A stretch of 64,000 nucleotides of DNA from an uncultured Chloroflexia bacterium (GTDB lineage Bacteria; Chloroflexota; UBA6077; JACCZL01): the NCBI GenBank assembly GCA_963765765.1, contig CAVXYC010000015.1, positions 96,001-160,000 on the forward strand, given 5' to 3'. The first letter of the stretch is position 1, and every line of letters starts with the position of its first letter. Position numbers and translations under genes: made by a program. The notes below the pieces were generated by a model that did no database searches, was not told the origin of the DNA, and saw nothing but the letters and a program-made list of their open reading frames with translations. This document shows, piece by piece, positions 42,638 to 52,928 of this stretch.

Positions 42638-43168
42638 ATGATCGGGTCGCATGTCTACTACGTGTACATCATGAGTAGTCTTCGCCGAACGCTTTACATC
42701 GGCATGACGAACAATTTGGAACGACGAGTGTTCGAACATAAGACCGGCACGGTACCAGGATTTACAAGTCGCTACCGAGTGACCCGTCTGGTCTACTTCG
42801 AAGACACGAACGACGTCGTCGCAGGGATCGAACGCGAAAAGCACCTAAAGGGATGGCTTCGCGCGAAGAAGGTGGCGCTGATCGAGTCGATGAACCCATC
42901 GTGGAACGACTTTGCCGAGGATTGGTTCACGCCGGAAGATCTAGCTGTACGCCGGAGTGCGTTCCTACGCACCGTTCGAAATCATCAACCCCAGACTCCC
43001 TGTCATCCTGAGCCCGCAGGCGAAGGATCTTCCCCGCCGGTATCAATAACCCCGGTGGGGAAGATCCTTCGCCTGCGGGCTCAGGATGACAAGAATCCCG
43101 GGCGAACTGGGGAAACTGCCGAAGTCCTGGAAATCGGTCAGGGCCCCAGTGGACCTGAACGCCAATGA
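42638..43168 (+). CDS. Small GIY-YIG nuclease with C-terminal extension partly encoded by a REP doublet
   Basis: YYVYIM...LYIGMTNNLERRVFEHK, FTSRY, LVYFE, EREKHLKGW, NPSWND. Confidence 0.9.
   Translation: MIGSHVYYVYIMSSLRRTLYIGMTNNLERRVFEHKTGTVPGFTSRYRVTRLVYFEDTNDVVAGIEREKHLKGWLRAKKVALIESMNPSWNDFAEDWFTPEDLAVRRSAFLRTVRNHQPQTPCHPEPAGEGSSPPVSITPVGKILRLRAQDDKNPGRTGETAEVLEIGQGPSGPERQ
43001..43091. repeat. TGTC-tagged REP doublet inside the GIY-YIG ORF
   Basis: 40-bp arms (one mismatch) TGTCATCCTGAGCCCGCAGGCGAAGGATCTTCCCCGCCGG, 11-nt loop. Confidence 0.92.
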
Positions 43169-44830
43169 CCTTCCCTCCTCCCTTCCACGATCGCCTCGGC
43201 GTCATCGTCGCCGGCTCGCTCATTGACGGGCTGACGGCGCGGTTGGACGCTCAGGCTTCGGTTGAGGACATGCGCGTTGGGAAGTTCGTGCGCATCTCTG
43301 GGGAGAAGCACGATTTCTTCTGCCTGGTTACGGACGTTGAGCTGGGCGCATCCAATGCCCAGATCGCGGAGCAACCGCCGGACCCTGATGACGGCTTCTT
43401 GCGTCAAATCCTGGCAGGCACCGCCACGTTCGGCACCATTTCCGTCCAGCCAATGATGATGTTCGATCGAGCGCTCCTCGCCGAAGGTCAGGTGGACGTG
43501 GACTCTGCTCGCGCGGTGAAGACGGTGCCGGTGCACTTCTCGGCCGTGCACGCTGGCGGACGAAGAGGATTTCAAGCGAGTCTTCGGCGTGGAGGATCAG
43601 GAGCACCCCAATCACTTTGAGATCGGACGCCCCCTGGACATGGACGTGCCGGTCTGTCTCGATTTGAAGCAGTTCGTGGAGCGCTCGAACGGCGTCTTTG
43701 GCAAGTCTGGTACGGGTAAGAGCTTCCTGACGCGGCTGCTTCTGGCTGGCGTGGTGCGCTCCAAAGCCGCGGTGAACCTCATTTTCGATATGCACAGCGA
43801 ATACGGTTGGTCGAGTCAGAGTGAGTCGGGAGACCGTCGGCTGGTGAAGGGGCTCAGTCAGCTTTTCGGCTCTCAGGTGTCGGCATTCACCGTTGACGAG
43901 CGCTCCACGCACCGCCGCGATGTGCGCCCAACGCCGGTGCGGATAGGACTGGACGAGATCGATGTCGAGGACATCGTTCTCCTGCAGGATGAGCTCAAGC
44001 TCAATCCGACGGCGGTGGAGCACTCACATCTTCTGATGGACGAGTTCAAGGGCCAGTGGATTTCGCGCCTGCTGGAGATGGACAACGATGAAGTCGGCGA
44101 ATTTTGCAGTCGGCGTGGCGGGAATCAGCAGGCAGTTGCGGCGCTCAAGCGGAAGCTAGGTGAGATTCAGCGCCTCGATTTTGTGGACGCCCACGTCGAG
44201 GTCTCGGCCGTTGACAAGATCGTCCAGTGCCTGGAGCAGGGCACGCATGTCGTGCTCGAGTTCGGTCATCATCGCGGCCTGCTGCCGTACATGCTCGTGG
44301 CCAATGTGTTGACGCGCCGCATCCACCAGAGGTGGGTGGACAAGACCGAGCGCTACAAGGCCAGCCAGCAAGCCTCGGACGAGCCCCGGCAGCTCATGAT
44401 TACCATCGAAGAGGCGCACCGCTTTCTCAACTCACAGGCGGCGCGACAGACCATTTTTGGAACGATCGCCCGTGAGCTTCGGAAGTTCTACGTCACGCTG
44501 CTTGTTGTAGATCAAAGGCCATCCGGGATCGATGACGAGGTGCTTTCGCAGATAGGTACGCGCGTTACCTGTCAGCTCAACGACGAACGGGATATCGATG
44601 CGATTCTGGCTGGTATGCGTAATCGCGATCAGCTTCGCTCGGTGCTGAGCACCCTCGAGTCTCGGCAACAAGCCATGCTCGTGGGCCATGCCGTTCCGAT
44701 GCCGGTCATCATCCGGACGCGGTTGTATGACGAGGATTTTTACCGAGCCATGGCTGTGCCCCAGTGGAGTGCTGCCACAACCGGACGCGCTGGCGACGAA
44801 TATGAGCGGCTCTACGGGGTCGGGGAATGA
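43165..44830 (+). CDS. herA: HerA-family helicase/ATPase (frameshift near 43550)
   Basis: N-terminal HAS barrel, GKSGTGKS, FDMHSEY, IEEAHRF, ARELRKF, DQRPS. Confidence 0.88.
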
Positions 44831-46044
44831 TTCGATTCGTCCACGTGGCAGACGTCCATATCGGCATGGATAACTACGGTCGAGTGAATCCGGCCACCGG
44901 CATGTCTACCAGGCTGGAGGATTTCCTCAACACCCTGGATGAGTCGGTCGATTGCGCCATTGAGCGGAACGCTGACCTTTATGTACTGGCCGGTGATATC
45001 TACAAGACGCGCGACCCAACGCCAACGCATCAGCGTGAATTCGCTCGGCGCATTCGGAAGCTCACCGGCGCGGGCATTCAGGTTGTGATGGTGGCAGGGA
45101 ATCACGACCTGCCGCTCTCACCAAGTCGGGCGACTGCGATCGATATCTTTTCCGCGCTCGATGTGCCGGGTGTTCACGTGGCAAGGGTCATTCGCTCGAT
45201 GCGCATCGAGACGCGAAATGGCCCGGTGCAGATCCTCGCGTTGCCCTGGATGACGCGCAGCATTGTGTTCGCGGACGATCAGCACAAGGGAGCGACGATC
45301 GAGGAGCTGAACCAGCGCATGGTCCAGATGTCCACCGACCGTCTTCGTCAGATCGGGGAGGACCTTGATCCGGAGATCCCCACGATGGTTATTGCGCACG
45401 CCCACGTCTTCGGTGCGAAGATCGGTGCTGAGCGCATGCTGAATGTCGGGCGTGATCCAGTACTTGCTCTCGATGCGTTCCCGGTGCAGAACATTGGATA
45501 CATTGCTCTCGGGCACATACACCGCCACCAGGCGCTCATCACGACTGACCCCGCCGTTGTCTATCCAGGGAGTATCAATCGGGTGGATTTCGGCGAAGAG
45601 GACGAAGACAAGGGTTTTGTCCTGGGCGAGCTGCACGTGGGTCGCTGCAAATGGGAGTTCGTCCCAGTAAAAGCGCGCCCATTCCTGACAATCTCAGCCG
45701 CTGTCGACGAGGATGCGCCGATGGATTCGGTGATCCAGGCGATCCGCTCGCAAGAAGATCGGCTGCAGAACGCGGTTGTCCGCGTGCAGCTGGTGACGAC
45801 TCGCGCGGGGGGATTGCTGGTCAAAGACGACGCGATCCGAGCCGAGCTGAAGTCCGCGTTTCTGGTTGCGCCGGTTCACCGCCAGTACTCCGATGATCTG
45901 GATCGGCAGCACGTGGAAATGCCAACTGGGCTGGCGCCTCTGGACGCGCTCGAGCTCTATTTGAGGCGCACCGGGCGATACGATGCCGACCGACAGCGCA
46001 CGTTGTTGGAGTACGCGCGCCGTCTCATGGCAGCCCGAGTTTAG
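44827..46044 (+). CDS. sbcD: SbcD/Mre11 nuclease
   Basis: ADVH, AGDIY, GNHD, AHAH, LGHIH, YPGS. Confidence 0.92.
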   Translation: MIRFVHVADVHIGMDNYGRVNPATGMSTRLEDFLNTLDESVDCAIERNADLYVLAGDIYKTRDPTPTHQREFARRIRKLTGAGIQVVMVAGNHDLPLSPSRATAIDIFSALDVPGVHVARVIRSMRIETRNGPVQILALPWMTRSIVFADDQHKGATIEELNQRMVQMSTDRLRQIGEDLDPEIPTMVIAHAHVFGAKIGAERMLNVGRDPVLALDAFPVQNIGYIALGHIHRHQALITTDPAVVYPGSINRVDFGEEDEDKGFVLGELHVGRCKWEFVPVKARPFLTISAAVDEDAPMDSVIQAIRSQEDRLQNAVVRVQLVTTRAGGLLVKDDAIRAELKSAFLVAPVHRQYSDDLDRQHVEMPTGLAPLDALELYLRRTGRYDADRQRTLLEYARRLMAARV

Positions 46045-46064
46045 GTGCGCCAGGAAGCGCAACC

Positions 46065-48617
46065 TTGATTCCGCTCAAGCTCGGCATGCGCAATTTCATG
46101 TGCTACACCGACGTGCACGAGACGCTGGATTTCTCGGGCATTCACGTCGCGTGTCTCTCGGGAGACAACGGGCACGGAAAATCCACGCTGCTGGATGCCA
46201 TCACCTGGTCCCTCTGGGGGAGATCCAGGGCGCGCTTCGCCGATGAGCTCATTCACTCTGGTCGTACCGAGATGGAGGTGGAGTTCGAGTTTCTCCTGGA
46301 CGACCAGCGATACCGAGTCATTCGAAAGCGCGAAAGTCGAGGCGCTGGCAAGACAGTGCTCGAGCTGGCGGGCTTCTATGAAGACGGCTGGAGGCCACTG
46401 ACTGGTAACACGGTGGCCGAGACCGAACGTCAAATCCAGCAGCTCCTGCGTATGAGCTACGAGACGTTCACGCAGTCATCGTTCATTCTCCAGGGACGGG
46501 CAGACACATTTACCACCGCCACACCCGCTCAGCGTAAGCAAGTGCTGGGTGAGATCCTGGGACTGTCGTACTACGACGAGCTGGAAGGGCTTGCCCGAGA
46601 TCACGCGCGCAACCGGCAGGAGCAAGCAAGCAATATTCGCCTCCGCGTGGAGGAGACAGAGCGAGAGCTGGCTCGAAAGCCCGAGATCGAGGCCGAGCGA
46701 GATCGGTGCGAGGCACGTCTGGCCGGAATCGATCAGGAGATCGAGAAGGCGGAGCTTCGGTTGGCGGGGGCGCAGGCCACGTTAGCGCAGCTCGTCTCGG
46801 CCGAAGGTCAACTAGAGGATGTCCAACGAAACCTCGAGTCACTGCGAAACGAGCGCAACCAGGTGCAGAAGCGCCGTGAGCAGCTTTCGCAACGCCTGGA
46901 GAAGGCCAATCGAACCCTTGCGCGGGAAGAAGAGGTCCGAGAGGGCCATCAACGGCTCATGGCCGCCCGGATTGAGCTAGCGTCGCTCAACGATCGATTG
47001 CGGGAGCATGCTCGTCTGACGTCTGAAGCGGCGGTGATCGAGCGCGAGATTGCGGCGCGGCGAGGGGCGGCTGAGTCGGCCGTGCAGACGCTACGCGAGC
47101 GGCTGACTTCGCTACAGGCCACGGCGAGCCAGCTCAACGATCTTGAGCGACAGAGGGCGGACGTCGATGCTCGGCTTGCCGCTCTAAGCACGCAGGAGCA
47201 ACGTCGTATCGAGGTGGAAAAGAAACGACACGCGTTGAGCGAACGTCTTGGCGCTCTGCGAGGCTTGAACGAGCGGCTCCTGGCGGACATGGTGAGCCTC
47301 AGGCAGAGGATCAATCAACTTGCCGGGGCGGACGCCTGCCCGCTCTGCCGGGCTGAGCTATCGCCGGCACGCCATGCGCATGTCACCAGTGACTACGAAT
47401 CGCAGGGCCAACAGCTCAAGCAGCACTATCAGAGGAACAAGCATGAAGCGTCGCGGGCGGAAGTAGAGGCTGAAGCACTCTGCGCCGAATACGATCAGCT
47501 CGGAGTGGCGTTGGCCGAGGCCCCGGCGCTCCAGCGGCTCCAGGCGAGTATCGCGGCTTCCCTTGAGCAGACGCGCTCTGCCGAGACTGAGCTCCGTGAC
47601 GGTCAAGCCCGACTCGCCGAATTGACCCGAGCATTGGAAGACCAATCCTTCGCCGCCGCGGAGCACGCGCGCCTGGCGCCGCTACAGAAACAGATCGCAC
47701 TGCTGGAATATCGTCCCGAGCGTCACGACGAGCTTCAGGCGAGCATCGGGCAGCTTCAGCAATTCGAGCAGGCTCAGGCAACGCTGGAACAAGCGCGACG
47801 CGTGGTTGAGGAAGAGCGTCCTCATTTTGATGAGGTTGAGCAGAGCCTGCTGCGATTGAGTGCCATGGTGGCCGAATCGGAACAGCGCATGGCCTTGTTG
47901 AGCGAGCAGGCACGCGGTGTTGCCAATGCTCGCTCAGCCGCTGAAGCTGCCGACAGTGAGGCCCGCCAACGCCGCCGCGAGCGCGATACAGTGGCAGATG
48001 AGCTTGCCGCCGCCCGTCAGCAGCTTCAGTTCTGCGAGCGCCAAGCCGAGGTGCGTCGCGAGCTAGAGCGCGAGCTTCAGGCAGTTCTCAAGGAGCAGGG
48101 CATTTACGCCGACCTCGTTCTTGCCTTGGGGAAGAACGGTATGCAGGCAATGCTCATCGATACAGCCATTCCTGAGCTGGACGAACACGCGAATTCTCTG
48201 CTCACCCGTATGACTGATGGTCGGATGCACGTGAAGCTGGAGATGCAGCGACCCAAGCGCAGCGGCGGTGGTATGGCAGAGACGCTGGACATCAAAATCA
48301 GCGATGAGCTGGGCACGCGTAGTTACGAGCTGTACTCAGGTGGAGAAGCGTTCAGAATTAATTTCGCGCTCCGAATTGCTCTCTCGCGGCTCCTGGCAAG
48401 ACGAGCCGGCGCGCGTCTGCAGACGCTTGTGATCGACGAAGGCTTCGGAAGTCAGGACGTGGACGGTCGAGATCGGCTGGTTGACGCGATCAAGGCCATC
48501 CAGGACGACTTCGAAAAGATCCTGGTCATCACGCACATCGCTGAGCTGAAGGATGTGTTTCCGGTGAGGATCGAGGTTTCCAAGACGCCCGCTGGGTCCG
48601 TGATCGCGCTCACCTGA
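46065..48617 (+). CDS. sbcC: SbcC/Rad50 SMC-like ATPase
   Basis: GDNGHGKS, coiled coil with CPLC zinc hook, YSGGE, IDEGFGSQD, ITH. Confidence 0.93.
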   Translation: MIPLKLGMRNFMCYTDVHETLDFSGIHVACLSGDNGHGKSTLLDAITWSLWGRSRARFADELIHSGRTEMEVEFEFLLDDQRYRVIRKRESRGAGKTVLELAGFYEDGWRPLTGNTVAETERQIQQLLRMSYETFTQSSFILQGRADTFTTATPAQRKQVLGEILGLSYYDELEGLARDHARNRQEQASNIRLRVEETERELARKPEIEAERDRCEARLAGIDQEIEKAELRLAGAQATLAQLVSAEGQLEDVQRNLESLRNERNQVQKRREQLSQRLEKANRTLAREEEVREGHQRLMAARIELASLNDRLREHARLTSEAAVIEREIAARRGAAESAVQTLRERLTSLQATASQLNDLERQRADVDARLAALSTQEQRRIEVEKKRHALSERLGALRGLNERLLADMVSLRQRINQLAGADACPLCRAELSPARHAHVTSDYESQGQQLKQHYQRNKHEASRAEVEAEALCAEYDQLGVALAEAPALQRLQASIAASLEQTRSAETELRDGQARLAELTRALEDQSFAAAEHARLAPLQKQIALLEYRPERHDELQASIGQLQQFEQAQATLEQARRVVEEERPHFDEVEQSLLRLSAMVAESEQRMALLSEQARGVANARSAAEAADSEARQRRRERDTVADELAAARQQLQFCERQAEVRRELERELQAVLKEQGIYADLVLALGKNGMQAMLIDTAIPELDEHANSLLTRMTDGRMHVKLEMQRPKRSGGGMAETLDIKISDELGTRSYELYSGGEAFRINFALRIALSRLLARRAGARLQTLVIDEGFGSQDVDGRDRLVDAIKAIQDDFEKILVITHIAELKDVFPVRIEVSKTPAGSVIALT

Positions 48618-48619
48618 GC

Positions 48620-48692
48620 GGGGGACAAAGGGGACAACAGAGAACATCGGACAACAGGGACATCAAGGACGGGTCTCTGTTGTCCTTGAGAC
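48620..48692. repeat. Degenerate ~9-bp tandem repeats with short inverted partner
   Basis: gggacaaag gggacaaca gagaacatc ggacaaca gggacatca aggac ... ctctgttgtccttg after the sbcC stop. Confidence 0.55.
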
Positions 48693-48720
48693 CCTATTCC
48701 CCATGCGCTCCCGGTGCTAG

Positions 48721-49555
<835 letters not shown>

Positions 49556-49580
49556 ATCCAGCTCCGTTGACCGGCACCGT

Positions 49581-49692
49581 AGGCGCTCTGGAGTGCGGCG
49601 TGTGAGCGCCGCTTTGGATTGGACCCGAAATCTCTGGTGCGGATACTGGAAGAGTCCAAAGCGGCGCTCACACGCCGCACTCCAGAGCGCCT
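49581..49692. repeat. REP-like doublet with perfect 38-bp arms
   Basis: AGGCGCTCTGGAGTGCGGCGTGTGAGCGCCGCTTTGGA (49581-49618) and reverse complement (49655-49692). Confidence 0.9.
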
Positions 49693-49716
49693 CAGAGGAA
49701 GTTGGAGCGCTGACAG

Positions 49717-50634
49717 ATGACTGAGTCGGAAACCATTGCCGTTGGGTACGCAACTGAGGGGCAGGGAGCGGGCCCGGTCTTCGTGACCCAGCGCGCGGGG
49801 CTCTTCGCTGCCGAAGGCCTGGATGTGACTGTGCGACAGCTCGGGAGCGCCAGCGGTGTCATTCGTGGGCTGATCGATGGTGAGGTGGTCTTTGGCAATC
49901 TGGCCGCCCCGGCGCTCGTCCGCGCCGGACTCGACGGCGCTCCAATTCGCTACATCACGGGCGGGATCAACCAGCAATTTCTTGTCGGCCGACCGGGAAT
50001 CTCGAGTGTGGCGGAGCTCCAGAACGGCCGTCTCGGCGCGAGCGGGCCGAATGACCTTGGCTACCTGCTCAATCGATTCCTGATCACGCAGCTCGAGCCG
50101 CGGGGTATTCAGGGACTCACGATTGTCGATGCTGGCAGTGGTCGAGAGCGGCTTCAGCAGCTACTCAAAGGCGAGATCGACGCTGCGCCAATCTCACCTC
50201 CCGTGGCAATTGAAGCACGCCGAGCCGGTTGTCCATTTCTTCTTGACTTCGCCGAATTCGGATTGAACTTCACGCTTGGCGGCGTGGCAACGACGCAGGA
50301 CATGATCGATCGTCGTCCCGATCTCGTTCGGCGATTTGTTCGCGCCTACATTGGCGGGATGCATCGCTACAAGACAGATCCTGCGTTTACGATGCAGGTT
50401 CAGGCTGAATACAGCGGGCTTACCGATTCGACGATCGCGGAAGAGACATACGCCATGACGGAGCCCGGGTTTCCTCGCGCGCCGTATCCCGTGACTTCAG
50501 GGCTTGAGATCTTGCTCCAGACGCTGGCGATCGAAGATCCACGGGCAGCAACCGCCAACGCCGCCGATCTCATCGACGATCGGTTCGTGCGCGAGCTCGA
50601 CACTTCGGGGTGGATCGAGCGACTTTACACCTGA
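49717..50634 (+). CDS. NMT1/TauA-type substrate-binding protein
   Basis: GLFAAEGLDV, LLKGEIDAA, RPDLVRRFVRA, IDDRFVRELD.SG.I..LY; no signal peptide seen. Confidence 0.8.
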   Translation: MTESETIAVGYATEGQGAGPVFVTQRAGLFAAEGLDVTVRQLGSASGVIRGLIDGEVVFGNLAAPALVRAGLDGAPIRYITGGINQQFLVGRPGISSVAELQNGRLGASGPNDLGYLLNRFLITQLEPRGIQGLTIVDAGSGRERLQQLLKGEIDAAPISPPVAIEARRAGCPFLLDFAEFGLNFTLGGVATTQDMIDRRPDLVRRFVRAYIGGMHRYKTDPAFTMQVQAEYSGLTDSTIAEETYAMTEPGFPRAPYPVTSGLEILLQTLAIEDPRAATANAADLIDDRFVRELDTSGWIERLYT

Positions 50635-50835
50635 TGCAGGTCATTGGCGATTAGCCCTTTGCCTCTTCGCCGGGCGGACGAACGAGATAGAGTGCGACGA
50701 TGCAGAGGACTCAGGTCGCCGTCATGAACAGCAAGCCACGTCGGATTAGTGAGCCGCGAACTACCTGTCCGATCACCAGGCCGCTATAGTTTCCCAATCG
50801 CCAGGTGTCAGCAATGAGGACGGAGGCAAGGGACC

Positions 50836-51890
50836 ATGACGCAGCTATCGAGCATTGTGACTTCCGAAGCGGAGCTGCAGGAGTACTACGCGGAGCTTCG
50901 ATCGCAACACGTCAAACCCGCGTGGATCGGAGCACACCAGACCGACAAGCCCACGACCAAAGTCGTGCCGTATGTCTGGCACTGGCGCGACTTGCGACCG
51001 CAGGTCATGCGCGCGGCCCAGCTCATTGGCACCGATCAGGCGGAACGTCGCGTGCTGCGCATGACCAACCCGGGACTCGAGGAGTCGGCGAGCAACACGC
51101 TGGTTGCCAACTTTCAAATTGTCATGCCTGGCGAGATCGCGCGGGCACACCGCCATTCCGCGTCTGCGCTGCGTTTCATCGTCGAAGGCGACGGTGGATC
51201 CACGATCGTCAACGGCGTCCGTATTCCCATGTACCCCGGCGACCTGGTCCTGACGCCCAACTGGACATGGCACGACCACATCAACGACACCGCCGAACCG
51301 ATGATCTGGCTGGACGGCCTTGACACACCCCTGGTGCGCATGCTGGAGGCGGGGTTCTACGAGCAGTTTGGCCAGGACTCACAGCAGGTCGGTCCGAACG
51401 ATGACCCGTCGCTGATGAATGCTGGCTATGGCGGTTTACGGCCGTCATGGGAGCCCGCCTCGAGCCCGAGATACTCGCCGCTGTGGCATTACCCCTTGTC
51501 CCAGGCGGTGGCTGCGCTGGAGCGCCTATCCGCTGAGACCCAGGGCAGTCCGTTCGACGGTGCGATCCTCGAGTACACCAGCCCGCTCACGGGTGGCTCG
51601 GTAATGCCAACCATCGGCTGCTACATCCAGCGCTGCGTCCTGGTGAGCACACGCGAGCCCACCGACACGTCTGCTGCACCAACTACCACGTCATCGAGGG
51701 CTCCGGGTATTCGCTCGTCGGCGACCAGCGCCTGGAGTGGGACGACAAAGATGTCTTCACGGTGCCTACCTGGACCACCCACGAGCACGTCAACAACGGC
51801 GATCGTCCTGCTTATCTGTTCAGCTTCACCGACGCGCCCGCCATGAAGGCGCTGGACCTGTATCGCGAAGAGTCGGTGGAGTCGGAGTAA
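50836..51890 (+). CDS. Gentisate 1,2-dioxygenase-like bicupin (frameshift near 51635)
   Basis: ERRVL..NPG, AHRH.ASALRF, TPNWTWHDH, WLDGLD.PLV; C-terminus HEH...YLFSFTD.P in another frame. Confidence 0.88.
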
Positions 51891-51901
51891 GGACGCCCGC
51901 T

Positions 51902-51928
51902 TGTAGCGCAGTGGTCTTGCGCCCCGCG
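51902..51928 (+). repeat. Single GTAG REP related to the 3947 doublet
   Basis: TGTAGCGCAGTGGTCTTGCGCCCCGCG, 3 mismatches to 3949-3975. Confidence 0.7.
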
Positions 51929-51976
51929 CCCCGAGACTCTCGTCGACCTGAAATGGCGGTTCAGGGTCCCGTTTCA

Positions 51977-52071
51977 CCGTAGTGGCGTCCTTTACGGGCG
52001 CCACCTAGATACAATTGCCGCGACCGCTACCTGGATATCTAGGTTGCGTCCCTTTGCGGACCCCACTACGG
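51977..52071. repeat. Imperfect GTAG-tagged REP doublet
   Basis: CCGTAGTGGCGTCC...CCACCTAGATA with inverted partner TATCTAGGT...CCACTACGG. Confidence 0.65.
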
Positions 52072-52280
52072 ACGATCGACGTGGGATGAGCGGGAACAGA
52101 TGCCGCCGGACAGGCCTATACGGCTCCAGTCGGCGAGTCGGACTAGTTCTGGACGGTGCTCAAGGTCTTAGCGTGCGAGCGCAACACCACCCAGCTACAC
52201 CGGTGACGAATGATTGAGCCCGATTACTTCTCCGTCGGTTAGGCTGATGCTGAGCCATCTTCTCGCCACTGGAACTGACG

Positions 52281-52802
52281 ATGATCATCTACCTGCTTAG
52301 GCATGGCATTGCCGAAGATCGTGACGCGGCCGGTGTTGGCAGCGACGCGGAGCGGCAGCTCACCGCCAAAGGCGTGCGGCGCATCGAGCGTGAAGCCTCG
52401 GGCATGCGGTTGCTCGGCATCGAGCCCGATCACATCTTCACCAGCCCGCTGATCCGGGCCGAAGAGACGGCGCGCATTGTTGCGGATAAGTACGATGGCG
52501 AGATCGATGTCACGGTGACGGATGCGCTTGCGCCCGGCCGCGGTTTTGGGGCGCCCCTCGACGATCAGAGTCCCGTCGTGGCGCTCCTCCGTCAGCCGGA
52601 GCTAGAGAGTGCCATGCTCGTCGGCCACGAGCCTGATTTGTCCCAGCTCGCCTCGTTGCTCCTGACAGGCGCCTTGAATCTCAATCTGCAGCTCAAGAAG
52701 GGTGGTCTGTGCGCCATAGACTTCCAGGACCCGATATGCAGCCACAAGAACTCGCTGTTATGGCTCCTGGCGCCGAAGCAGCTTCGGGCCGTGCGAGCCT
52801 AG
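52281..52802 (+). CDS. sixA: Phosphohistidine phosphatase SixA
   Basis: YLLRHGIAE, R.LT.KG, SPLIRAEETA, LVGHEPD, LKKGG. Confidence 0.88.
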   Translation: MIIYLLRHGIAEDRDAAGVGSDAERQLTAKGVRRIEREASGMRLLGIEPDHIFTSPLIRAEETARIVADKYDGEIDVTVTDALAPGRGFGAPLDDQSPVVALLRQPELESAMLVGHEPDLSQLASLLLTGALNLNLQLKKGGLCAIDFQDPICSHKNSLLWLLAPKQLRAVRA

Positions 52803-52928
52803 CCGCGGCGCATCTCCTGAAGCTACTCGTCCACGGCGATCCCCCGGTAGACGCGCATCCCTGTCCTCAAATGTATCTAGGCGGGACGTAGGCGGTAATG
52901 CCCTGGCCATTTCCAGGAGCCTCACATT

